Assembly (NCBI RefSeq): GCF_000315625.1
Contig: NW_005434593.1
Location: forward strand, 343,657 to 407,656
From: Guillardia theta CCMP2712
Lineage: Eukaryota > Protista > Cryptophyta
Direction: 5' to 3'
Length of the DNA stretch: 64,000 nt
Positions 43,626 to 55,900 of the stretch are shown piece by piece; within the stretch, counting starts at the first letter, position 1, and the number at the start of each line of letters is the position of its first letter. The translations under genes and the position numbers were made by a program. The notes under the pieces were generated by a model. It searched no databases, was not told the origin of the DNA, and was given only the letters and a program-made list of their open reading frames with translations.

Positions 43626-43918
43626 GGATCTTTAATGAATAAATGTCTCCCCAACTTGCGATGTCAACACAGCCCTTACATCTCTGTTCTCCTCCAAGGA
43701 GCCTTCTCAACAAAAAAATTCCTATGCAGGACCTCCAGCAGTACAAGCGATCAGAGTGTGGGAGTGATCGGATAGATCAGAAGCACTGTGCAGCACGTCA
43801 TGCCGCAGGGGAGATCTTCAGCGCTGCTTTGATCGTTGGCATACTAACAAGATCGGGACAAGGACAAGGCTAGGGCTGCGCTTGTATGGGAACTGAAGCA
43901 GCAATGAGAGTGATAGCG

Positions 43919-46211
43919 TCATGCCATCATGCCACCATTGCCTCCCCATGCGACACCATGGGACTTCTGAAACCTGCATCGGAGGTGAGCCAGCGACAAG
44001 ATCAGAGGGCCATTGACCTGCTCCCCCCTGTGAGAGTTGTGTCCGGCAGCATGTATGGCCTTGCGAGAGAAGGTCCGAGGTCGTAAAGGATCCTTGCAAG
44101 ATCATCCCGCATGTCGCTTGCACTTGTGTACCTGACGCTGTGTCAGCAACAAACTCTGAACGAGGTCGCTCAACCGTCGGTCAATTTGCTTCTGTAAGGC
44201 CTTGTCCACCACCTAAACAGGCACCATCATCCTATAAAAGCAGCAAGACACTCTTGTCCTGAACCTGGGCGAAGGGCGGAGACATGTTAAAAACAATGCT
44301 TTTGAGGTCTGGAGCTTTCAACTTCAGGTCTCCGACCATCGTCTTTCCCCATGAGCCTCCTGACACCTTTGGACCACCGCTCAGTAACCGAAGCTCGTCA
44401 AGGAATTTCACCGAGAAAGGAAGCTGCCCAGAAGTCAACTTGAAAAGAGTGGCTCCAACACTCCACAGGTCACTAGACGGAGTCATGGCAACTTCGTTAT
44501 ACTAAGACCAAAAAATCAGAGAAACCCCGGTCAAATCCTACCACCGATGAGGTAGCGATACCTGTTCTGGAGGCATGTACCCATGTGTTCCAGCATACAT
44601 CATTGCGTCCTGCATTGCTACCAGCTCTCCGTACATGGGAAGGAACTCACTAAAGTCAATCTGACAATCCATGTTCCTGCATATTCACAAAATTTAGTGC
44701 CCATGGGAACAAGTTGTATCGTTCAATTCCTTACTTGTCGTATTTCTCCATGAGATTCTAAAAACAAAGAGGAATGGAAATTATCAGCATGGTCAAAGCA
44801 GTCGTCAGTTACAACCTTGAGGCGAGGAAGGGAGGGTTGTCGGTGCAGGATCTTGAAGCATTCTGAAATCTGTTCCAAGCCAATAGAGCTTTGCCCTTGA
44901 CTGATAGACAAGAAGACCTCTCGGAGTTTGTCCAGGTGCTCCTCAGCCCCGTTGACATACGTCAGAGCGACCAGCTCGCCATACATGGACCCGAATTCCT
45001 CATAGCCGATGCTCCCGTCCCCATCAATATCATATTTCTTTACAAGAGATTCGACTTGCCCACGGTCCGGTTGAAGCCCCAAGCTGTTCAGACAATCGTA
45101 CACAGAATCGAAGTCTAGAGAGCCTTTCCGGTCACGATCCAGCGATTCAAACACTTGCCGCAAGGCGGTTGATGTCCCTGACTCCGAGATCGAATTGTAC
45201 TCCGGGTCAAAGATGTAAGAGGGCAGTCCTATTCGGTCACTTCCCAGGACTCCAGTAGCAGTGCCAAAGTCTATCAACTTGTATATCCAACCTCCCTCGC
45301 CATCATCCACTCTGATGATGTTCTGCGGTTTGATGTCTCGGTGTATCAACCCAGAGCCATGCACATCTATGAGAGCATCCAACACGTTGATCCCGACCCT
45401 TCACATCGCAAGTTGTCAGAGGAGGGGGATTTCGCCAGCTTTCAAAAACCTGCAGGCCTCAGATACAGAGATAGGACCTCGCTCCACGATGATATCATGC
45501 ACAGACTTCCCCTTGAGGTGTTCGAGGATCAAGTACACCAGCCCTCCATTCTCTGCCTGCACATGCAGAAAGTGACTCAACGTGGGTATGAGTTCCAAAA
45601 CTTCAAGTCCTTACGATGCATCCGAAGTCAATTAGTCTCGCAATGTTCGGACAATTCAAGCGCTTCATCGCAAACCCCTCTCGTAATAGTAGAGACATCT
45701 CCCCCTCCTATCCTGTTTTGTCAGTTCTCTCAAAGTGATCTTTAACATATCAACACTTTCCTTCGGCCGCACAAGCTTGATCGCAACTTCTCGTGGCTTT
45801 TCATGCGGGTTGACATGCTCAGCAAGAAGGACAGTTCCGAACGATCCGCGACCGATCTCACGAACAAGGCTGTATCTTTCTCGTATTGGTCGAGGCAGAA
45901 GTTGCCAGAGCTTCATGCCGGATGGGATCTCAGTGAAGGAACTTGCCAGTCTGTAAAGGCAAGTCAAGGAATGAGAGGGATACAAGGACTTACATCCTAT
46001 GCTGCAAGCCCCTTGCCTTCTTACGGCATAACGAAATCCTTGGAGCTGAACAGAGAAATCCTGTTCCCTTGAATGGAACGGCCTGACATGATTGCTGAAC
46101 GCAGAAAGCTGGTGAGTTCACTACAGCGCTTGCACCAGTGAGCAGTGCCAGGAGCATCACTGTGAACGCCATCGAGAGGTCTTGGACGGCTGGTCTGATC
46201 ATGTCCAACAT
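43919..46211 (-). CDS. PknB-like Ser/Thr kinase with four EF-hand-like motifs inserted between DFG and PPE; N-terminal signal + transit-like peptide
   Basis: Motifs RYSLVREIGRGSFGTV, VAIK, HRDIKPQN, DFG (45271-45263), EF loops DIDGDGSIGYEE and DKNMDCQIDFSE, GTHGYMPPE (PPE at 44573-44565), SDLWSVG, RYTSASDMRDDL. N-terminus MAFTVMLLALLTGASAVVNSPAF. Confidence 0.88.
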
Positions 46212-46276
46212 CGGCGCTAGTCACTCAAGACATTTTATACCCCGTGATGCATTCCTGCTGAAATCTGAGTCAGAGC

Positions 46277-46606
46277 ATGGCTCGATCACACCTCAGACCC
46301 TCTCACGACTCCTCCCTGGCACCATTAGAATCCTACCTGACACGGTATCTCAGCTTCTCTCCTCTCCCCTCTCCTCCTCCCCTCTCCTCCTCCCCTCCCC
46401 TTCTCCACATGCTGCTCCTGATGCTCCTCAGGCTGTCCCCCCTTGCGACTCCTTCTCGCCTCCATCATCAATATGTGCTCTCCCCTTGCCTCTACCTCGA
46501 TAATCTTCTAGTAGACACAATAAGTAAATATGGGTATGTCCGTCGGTCGGACACCTTTATGGACACCCGGCGGATCCAGGGACCTTGCAAGGGGACAAGA
46601 AATGTG
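46277..46606 (+). CDS. Possible small spliced ORF (MARSHLRPSH...), unknown
   Basis: Two plausible GT-AG introns, the first with a TCC-rich tract and CTGAT branch. No motif recognised. Confidence 0.25.
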
Positions 46607-47046
46607 ACAATGCTCGCCTTGGCGCCCTTGGTGAGGCGAACGATTGTACTTGGAGCGGGAAGGGAGAGAAGGAGGAGGAGTAAGAGGAGAGGGGGGGTGA
46701 GAACTGTAGGAGGACAGAAGCGGTAGAGAGGCGAGAGTGACTGAGCACGGTCATATCAACTGTAGTACAAGGAAGTCTGCACTGTATGCGCGGTCCATCA
46801 TAGACGACGTCGAGAAAGAGGGAAACAGGGAGGCGATGTAAATAAAACTCAGGTACTAGGAGTGGGAGACGAACGTGACGTCTGAATTTGAACTATGAAA
46901 CGCTTCTGTGCAATTTTTGCAGTTGGCTATCCAATCACAAGAACGGCATGAACTTCTCTACTATGTTCGCACTGTATTTCTCTACAACATCGCTGATCTC
47001 AACAATGGAAAGCAAAAATGAAAAGCATCCGTGATGTACAACCTTA

Positions 47047-47841
47047 TCACTCCATGCTCCAAACACCCTCTCTCGGGGCCTGCACAAATCCAACATCATC
47101 TCGACGATACTCAAAACATTCGTCACTCACAGCAACTGGTTGAATGTTCGTGGACTTCAAGTACTGCCAGAAGACACCAAACAAGCTCAAGCCTACACCA
47201 CACGGAGCACAAAAAAGTCTCAGTTGAATCAAGAATGCCAAAATACAGAAGCAAACAACACCGCCAACAGTCATGGCGAGACACCGTCCAGCCGGCCAAA
47301 AATCATCTTTATCCAGACCCCTGAAAGACATGCCAAAGAAAGAAGAGTTGTCATCAGAAGAGCTCGAACATCAATGACGAGAATAGAAAAGTCAATACCA
47401 TTCTCCGAAGATGTCATCGTTTCCACCGGTTCCATATTGATGCCCGAGTGGATCTTGCTCGTTAATACTGTCATATTCACTGGACCTTGGAGTTCCTTTC
47501 ACAGCCTGAAAGTTTTGATCGTGTCAAATTCTCAGATTCCCAAGGAATCGTTCAGGATATTTACTTCATATGCTTCGGGGTTGATACGAACTCCACGGCT
47601 TGAGTCAGGCTCTAAAACCTGACCGATCGTGTCTGCAAAGAGATTTCATTACATGTGCTAAAATGAAAATGGAGGAATGCAAAGAGAATATGCGAGTACC
47701 ATTTGCTTTGACAGGAAGAGAAGTTCTGAAATAGCGAACTCCACCAAACTTGTGCAAATCCGTTTTGCTGCAAGTCAAAATGCGCTGCGCGGAGGTGGCA
47801 AGGGGCCGTTTGACCAGATTCAGTAAGGCTGTTCTTGCCAT
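47047..47841 (-). CDS. Small mitochondrial single-TM protein, similar to complex I NDUFB8 (ASHI)
   Basis: Presequence MARTALLNLVKRPLATSAQRIL...RYFRTS. Spliced C-terminus DPLGHQYG...DDIFGEWGLDKDDFWPAGRCLAMTVGGLSLFGVFWQYLKSTNIQPVAAPRE resembles the NDUFB8 layout. Confidence 0.55.
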
Positions 47842-48429
47842 TCTAGGGAAAGGAAACGAAAAGGTCAGTCACTGACTGAAATGTTATTGACAAAGAAATT
47901 TTAAGCATTTTTAACTGAAGGATAGAAGGCTGTGAACCATCGTATAAAGCGATTTCGAGATAAAGAAATGAGCCCTGATATTCTAAGAGAACACGAAAAG
48001 GTGGGCAGCATGAAAGCATGAACGGACATATAGAGACATGCAACGGACAGCAAATTGATGATTCAGGGGAAGAAAACTGGCAGACCATATGAGCATGAGT
48101 ATAGAGAATCATGTAATAAGGAGCGAGCTTGACTAGCTTGACAAGCTCTGTTTTGTAAGAACACTTTGGAAGCACGTGGAGGAGCTGGGTTCTTGAGCAT
48201 TAGGGGTTGCTGATCCAACAGGAGCGCGCGAGGCTGAATTATCAGCATTCCCAGAGGACAGGCGAGGAAATAACGCTCTTCAAGGCAGGGTGGGTGGTCG
48301 TTTCAGCCGTGGTGTCATAGAGAGTACCGGGTCCTTATACTACAATTCAAAGGATGAAGGGGGCGGGTAGTACAGGATAAAGGTAGCAGCGGGGGTAGTG
48401 GTGAATGGTGACTGAACTTGCTAAACGGA

Positions 48430-49020
48430 GTATAGTGACGATCGGACACTGAGGAGCCCGGGGCCCGGCACCGGCGGCGGCCCGCCATCCCAGTGGGCCG
48501 CCGCAATCATTTGATCCGCCCGGATCATCCTGATCGGATTGACAGGCTCTGAACCGGCGGTGTTCAGTGCGCGGGCGGGCCGTCACGGCGTGACCGGGCC
48601 ACCGTGCCGTAGCCACCGAGACATTGGGCCGGTGGAGGCCCGGCCAGCACCGTGCGGCCGCCCGGGATGTGCGTGACTCCGAGGTGAAACCGGCCCTCAC
48701 TGGGAGTCAGCTAGTAAGCCGCATGGCATCTTGAAGCATCCGATCGGAGAACGGCGACTAGGCCCTTCCAGCGCGCCGGGCCGGCGGCTCAGTATCGCAC
48801 AGGCTGGTATGCCGCAGTGCTGTGTCACGCGCAGTGTGGCAGCCGATGGCAGCGAAGTCGGACTGACCGGATGCGTTTGCAAGTCAGATCACCTGAGACG
48901 TCAGCCGTCTTGCGAGGCCGAGAGACCATCCAGCGCTGCCGTTTCCTTGCCAAGTTCGCCGAGCCTCGGATCCGCCAGCCACCACAGACCGGACCCGACC
49001 CGGTGTGGCCGTCCTAGCAG
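48430..49020. repeat. GC-rich, palindrome-dense (CCGG/GATC/ACTCAG) intergenic segment of the same kind as 8110-8760, 11700-12130 and 42660-42760
   Basis: Dense CCGG, CCCGGG, GATC and TGAGT/ACTCA words with no coding signature. Confidence 0.6.
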
Positions 49021-49299
49021 AATTTGACTCGGTTTTTCATGTTTTTTTGTGGCTTAGTACCCCACCCCCAAGTGTCGTCACCCTACTACCCCTAGCAGTT
49101 CTCTTACTACCCCCTAGGCCTGATGTGTAACCGACTGTTTCTATCTTGCACTGAAAGCTTCTTCCCCACCCCCACTACCCTCGCTACACTTTTGGTCCAC
49201 CCCACCCTCTTGCTACCACCCCTGCACCTGTTGTCGAGAGCGGGAGAAATGGAGGGAAATGTGTAGAAATGAAAATACAGGATGGATGAGTGTGAGAGC

Positions 49300-49800
49300 C
49301 TGAGAGGAGGAAGAGGGATAGAGAGGGGGGTAGAGGGATAGAGGGATAGAGGGATAGTGAGGGGGGTAGAGGGATAGAGGGATAGAAAGGGGAATAGAGG
49401 GATAGAGGGATAGAGAGGGGGATAGAGGGATAGAGGGATAGAGAGGGGGATAGAGGGATAGAGGGATAGAAAGGGGAATAGAGGGATCGAGGGATAGAAA
49501 GGGGAATAGAGGGATAGATACTAGTGGTATAGAGGGATAGAGAGAGGGACAGAGGTAGGGATCGAGGGATAGAGGGATAGTGAGGGGGATAGAGGGATAG
49601 AGGGATAGAAAGGGGAAAAGAGGGATAGAGGGATAGTGAGGGGGTCAGAGGGATAGAGGGATAGAGAGGGGAAAAGAGGGATCGAGGGATCGAGGGATAG
49701 AGAGGGGAATAGAGGGATAGATACTAGTGGAATAGAGGGATAGAGAAAGGGACAGAGGTAGGGATCGAGGGATTGAAGAAAGAGGGATAAGGGGACAGAG
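49300..49800. repeat. (AGAGGGAT)n degenerate minisatellite
   Basis: Dozens of AGAGGGAT/AGAGGGGGAT units. Confidence 0.92.
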
Positions 49801-49966
49801 AGAACAAGGGGTTGGGCGGCTTAAATGATGCTCTCGATGAGACGGAGACGCAGATAAGGTCTGCTCTGAGACGTGGTACTGACTTCAATGTGCAGATTGG
49901 ATTCATTTCATGGTTATACCAGGAATTCGATCTGTAGAGACGTGATTTGTACAACTACATCTAGAA

Positions 49967-52900
49967 ATGGGGCGAATCGCCCACATTTTGTTGGAGGCTC
50001 TTGTTCTACTACTGCTCAACAGCACAGACTCTGCAATAGTGATCTCTTCCATTTATCCTCCAAGAGGACCAGAAAACGGAGGCACTACTGTAACATTGGA
50101 GGTCTTCTTGTCTTTGGTAGCAATAATGACGAAATGACCAATTACGTAGGGCGATGGGTTTGTGGAGGGAACAACCTTCTGTCAATTCGGGAATTCTGTG
50201 CCCACATCAGCCTCGTTTCTGAACACCAACAAAGTACTTTGCATTTCTCCTGCAAGTCTAGAAGGAGGAAAAGTGGTAGATGTTGGGATTTCAGTTGACT
50301 CTGGCAGGGCTTTAGGTCAGATTCAGGCATACGTTACACTTATCAACCATCAGGTAATTCATTGACTAGTCGAAAGATTCTGACTGGTTGCATTCTAGCA
50401 AGTATCTCCTCATTCCTTCCGAGTGTTGGACCTTTAACTGGATCTACTGAAGTGACGCTGAGGGGTACAAATTTTTTCAACGCTCCTGGAATTTCTTGCG
50501 ATTTTTTTGCGATTGGAGCAGTGCCTGCATGGTGGATTTCAAGTTCCCTTGTGGTTTGTTTATCGCCACCGTCATCAGAACCCGTGGTGCAAGTTGAGTT
50601 CAGTAACAACGGAGTAGACTACACAGACAATGGGTTGAAATTTCACTACTCCCTTTCTGCTCTCCCACTGAGCTTGATTCCAAGTATCGGATTGAAAGAA
50701 GGAAATTTCTTTATCAGCGTTGTTGGGAATAATTTTGTAAATTTCACCACATTTCGCTGTAGGATAGATGGAACATATGTGATCTCGTCAGTTTTCAATG
50801 AATCCCTGGCTTTGGCAAAATTGCCTCCCAGGACTCGCCTGGATTCGCTTGCTTCCATGAATGCATATGAAGGACCCGATTGCGTTCGCCTGGATTGCTC
50901 AAACAACAATGTTGAATTTCTACCTCAAGATGGTTTGTCATTTTGTTACTTCGGTAGGCCTCCAAACATTTCAAGAAGTTTCCTGACCATCTTGAACAGA
51001 TGCTGTACAGATCTCGAAAATCCAACCTTCTGGAGGTCCAGTTGCTGGTGGAACAGAATTGAGCATCGTTGGCAGTTTCTATACCATGGGAAACACCAAG
51101 TACAGTTGTTCGTTTAACTTGACACACATCAGCGAAGCCACGATTTCGTCATCTTCTTTGATTTCGTGTCTGAGCCCAGTACTGGATGAAGGACTTTACA
51201 AGATCGATATCCTTCTAGACCAGTTGCTGATATCAAAAATCGGGGTTGCAACTTACTATAAAGCCTACGGTAGTACACTCGATGCTTGAAAATTGATTGA
51301 TGCTTTATGCAGGCAATATTTTGATATTCTTCTTTTCACCACAATCTGCACCTGAGTTAGGCGGAAGTTCTGTATCGGTGACAGGATTGAACTTTCAAGA
51401 CAGCCCATCGCTGGTTTGCAGATTTGGCGAAACAGACAGCAATTCAACTACCTTTGTTTCGAGTACTTTGTGCGAAGTTTTTATTTGTCCATTTGACTTC
51501 CTCTGATTGATTGTGCATCAGGATACTCTGTTTGACTCCATACAACTTCGGGTCTGTCAAGCTATACGTGTCAGTAAGTACATCTATTTCTCAGATTTCG
51601 GCCCCGATAATGTTGCTTTGTGATAGAATAACAACGTGGATTTTGCTTCAAGCACCTCACCATTTGAATTTCAAGGTGCTGCACCTTGATATGCATTGAG
51701 AGATATCTGAATTCAACATTGCAGCGTCACCTGTCATCACGGGACTGCTTCCTTCAGCTGGTTATACCATGAACCAAATTTATGCAGTTACCATTGTTGG
51801 ACGGAACTTCTTGCAAGGACAGAGACTTTCGTGCGTTCTCAATCGAGAAAATTTGTTTGTTGAGGCAAAGTTCATAAGTTCATTGCTTATTCAATGTGCA
51901 TTTCAACTCATGAGAGAAGAGCAATCCTCGCTATATTTTTCATTGGATATTGATGGATTTTATGTTCGAAATGACATACCGTTCCTTCTCGTTTCAAGGC
52001 CAAAATTGTATAACGTTTTCCCCACAATTAGCGGATCGGATGGAGGCAATCTTGTTGCAATATTCATGTATCCATTGTTGGATCAGGGATATCAATGCGT
52101 TTTTGATGAAAATATCTCTTCTGCAGCATCGATACTTACGAGCTCTAGTCTGAACTGTATCACACCACAGGTTTACCCAAGCCGTGTAACGCTATTTGTT
52201 GCATTAGTCGAAAACTTGCAGCCACTTGTGGATAAGTGGGAGTTCCTGTTTTTGTCACCATTGCGTTGCTTGAATTTCACTTTTTCAAAGGATGACGTAT
52301 CTTTGCAAGTCTTTGGAAATGGATTCTATTTCTCGGATGACCTGTCTTGTAAGCTTTCTTCAGGACAAATCATAAGAGCGAGCTGGTACAGCTCTACAAA
52401 GATATCATGTGTTTCCCGAGCCATAATTGGACAAGAAACGAGCATGGCAGTGAGCAACAATGGTCAAGATTTTGTGACGTGTTCCTCGACAATCGCTGAG
52501 CAACCTTTTCAATCCTTCAACATAACTATATTTCCGACGAAAGGGCCTCTGCTTGGAGGGACTTATGTACACGTGTACGGTCTTGCCTTCTTGACTTCGA
52601 TAGAGCTTGCATGTTCATTTTGTACATCACTCTCACAGGCATCTAGCTCTGCATGTATCAGTCCAAGTATGGACAAGGAGATGGATTGTGATGTTCAGAT
52701 ATTTGTGAATGGCATCATGCAGCAACATATGCCTATCACATTTCGATATCAGAATTCCTCGGGCTTGCTTTTAATAGAACCATCGGCGGGTCCCATCAAC
52801 GGTGGAACTGTAGTGCATGTGCGGTCAGTGGAGATTGACAGCAATCCTTTCTTGTGCTCGTTTGGAAAGCTGAAAGTTAAATCGTTCATGGTTACTTCGA

Positions 52901-55900
52901 CGCATTTCAAATGTGCAACTCCTCCCAACAAAGCAGGCCTCTCGCCATTTTCGTTGTACTTCCCTTCAACTTCATTTCAAATGGGCAGCCCATTGAATTC
53001 GTTCATGTTCTACACCTCCCTTGATGGATTTGAACTCTCCGTGTCATCTGGTTATATCAACACCATCAATTTGGTAATAATCACAGGAAATTTCCAATAT
53101 TTTGGCGAAGAAATTCTTTGTAGATTTGGTTTTTCTGTGGTTCGTGCAACGATCTTGACTTTCACATCAATATCCTGTGGTGCATTTTCGAATGCGTTAG
53201 GGACTGTATACGTAGATGTTGCTTTGAATGGAGTTGATTTTTCTGACGTACATCGATCATTCACATGGATCGCTCCTGTAATTTGTCAAAGTATACAGCC
53301 CACTTTTGCATTCACAGAAAGCAGGTCTTCCATCACGGTCTATGGACAAAATTTCAGGAATTCTCAGGATTTGTCTTGTGGATTTTCTGATTTCACTGTG
53401 CAGACAAATTTTCAAACATCTTCTGTGATTACATGCTCGCTTTGGTTATTCGATAGCCAAATCACAGAGGTCAATGTAGTTGACAATGCTACAGGTCAAA
53501 CAGCTTTTTGTGGCCTTATTTCTATATTTCCAAGTTTCTTTTCGATCCATCCTTCTATTGGGCCTATTGTTGGATCATCATTAGTCACGTTGGAATCTTT
53601 GTTGAAGCCCTTTGCACAACATATAACATGCTCATGGGAGTTTAACAGTACGACCAATTGCCAGACGCCTGCAGTCCTACATACCTCGGATTCTGAATCT
53701 TTCTCAAGTGAAAGGGTTACTTGCCGAACCCCGTTTTCTGGAATGTCTGCTCAAACAAGGTTGCTGATTTACTTCCAATACCCCAAAATCCTGTTGCAAG
53801 CATTCACTTATGAATTTGAGCAGCTTGCAACGATAAATGCAGTGCAACCATCTTCGTTGAGAATGGGAATTCAGATTGTCACGGTAGTTGGAATGCACTT
53901 TAGGTCAAACCCTCACCTTGTCTGCAACATCAATAGTCATATTTCTCGGCCCCTGTGGTTGTCATCAACAAAACTTTTGTGTACAGTGAATGTAGGGAAT
54001 GATGCACAATTTTCACTCGCGGTATCTAATAATCAGGCCGATTTCAGTAATGAGATTTGGTTGTTCTCGTCGAAGTCCCTTGCCATCGCCACGGTTTATC
54101 CCAGCTACGGTCCCCTTCTTGGCGGGACATGGATCACCATAAGCGGAGGTGGCTGGGCGAGTGACGATAGGATTTCTTGCGAGTTTGGTTCCCTTGTGTC
54201 GAGTGCTGAACAGGTTCGCTCTGCTTCCCAGGCGACTATGGCTTGCCGCGTGCCAGGCTTTCTTTCAAACGAGGTATCGCCTTCGGAGAAGCTTGTAGAG
54301 CTCCGAGTGACTGCTCAAGGAGCAGGAGGTATACGAGTGGGGTATGCGAATTTCATGTATAGAGCCCCTGGTAGAATCATGTCAGTAGAGCCCACCACGG
54401 GGAGTTATCAAGGAGGCGAGACGCTGACAATCTATGGGGAGTTTTTCCCTATGGCGTCAACAGTGACTTGCAACTTCACAACCACAGGGGAGGATAATGC
54501 AACAGGAGTGCAGAGTACGTCGAGTCAGGGAGTTTGGCGGTCATCGAGCATGGTTTACTGCGTCAGTCCAGCAGCTCAAGTTGGCGCGACAAAAACCGAG
54601 CTGTATGTGAACTTTGATAACTTTTGGTCAATTCGCTCCCCTAGCTTTGTTTACCACCTCAGCCCACCTGGACTGATACGGGCATTGTCATTTGTCGAAA
54701 ACAACATTACTACAAAAAGACTCATAATTCTTGGCTCAGAGTTTTTACAGAATCACGGGTTATGCTACATTGAAACGCATAGAGCACCATGTCAGAGAAT
54801 GTCAAGCACTATGATGCAGTGCTTTACTAAGCACATTTCTCTATCCAATTTTTCAATCAAGATTTCCTACAACGAGAAGGATTTCAGTAATGAGATTTGG
54901 TTGTTCTCGTCGAAGTCCCTTGCCATCGCCACGGTTTATCCCAGCTACGGTCCCCTTCTTGGCGGGACATGGATCACCATAAGCGGAGGTGGCTGGGCGA
55001 GTGACGATAGGATTTCTTGCGAGTTTGGTTCCCTTGTGTCGAGTGCTGAACAGGTTCGCTCTGCTTCCCAGGCGACTATGGCTTGCCGCGTGCCAGGCTT
55101 TCTTTCAAACGAGGTATCGCCTTCGGAGAAGCTTGTAGAGCTCCGAGTGACTGCTCAAGGAGCAGGAGGTATACGAGTGGGGTATGCGAATTTCATGTAT
55201 AGAGCCCCTGGTAGAATCATGTCAGTAGAGCCCACCACGGGGAGTTATCAAGGAGGCGAGACGCTGACAATCTATGGGGAGTTTCTCCCTATGGCGTCAA
55301 CAGTGACTTGCAACTTCACAACCACAGGGGAGGATAATGCAACAGGAGTGCAGAGTACGTCGAGTCAGGGAGTTTGGCGGTCATCGAGCATGGTTTACTG
55401 CGTCAGTCCAGCAGCTCAAGTCAGTTGCACTGATCTGATCGTCGAGTTGAGCTTTGATTTGCAATTTCAAGTGAGCTCCGCTATGCACTACTGTGTTTAC
55501 TCTCGATGGATTGAACACGTATTTGCCTCGCATCTGAATCAGAATCCCCTGATTTCAGTGACGATCATCGGGGTCGGATTTAGGGATGGTGACTCTGTAT
55601 TGATCGGGAATCATCTAATCCAAAGGATTCCACAAAGAAGTTCCCGATCTATAGTTCTTGATGATTTGAGTATTCCAACTCTGGAATTTTTGAAACATAC
55701 AAATTTGTGCATTTCTGATAATACTTCGCTCTGCTTGTCGAATTCACGCTCATTTTCTTTGAAGGGTTTTACTCGTGCTTGGTCGGTCAGCCCCAACGAG
55801 ATTTGCTCGTTTGGTGGAACAGTCATCTCCATGCAAACAGATTTTGCGAATTCCAAGAATCAGATTGTCTGCATCTTCGACAATATTCTTGTCGATGCCA

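Noticed and set aside
49300-49800. Telomeric repeat
   Set aside because: Internal and degenerate, and the unit does not match a TTAGGG/TTTAGGG-type telomere.
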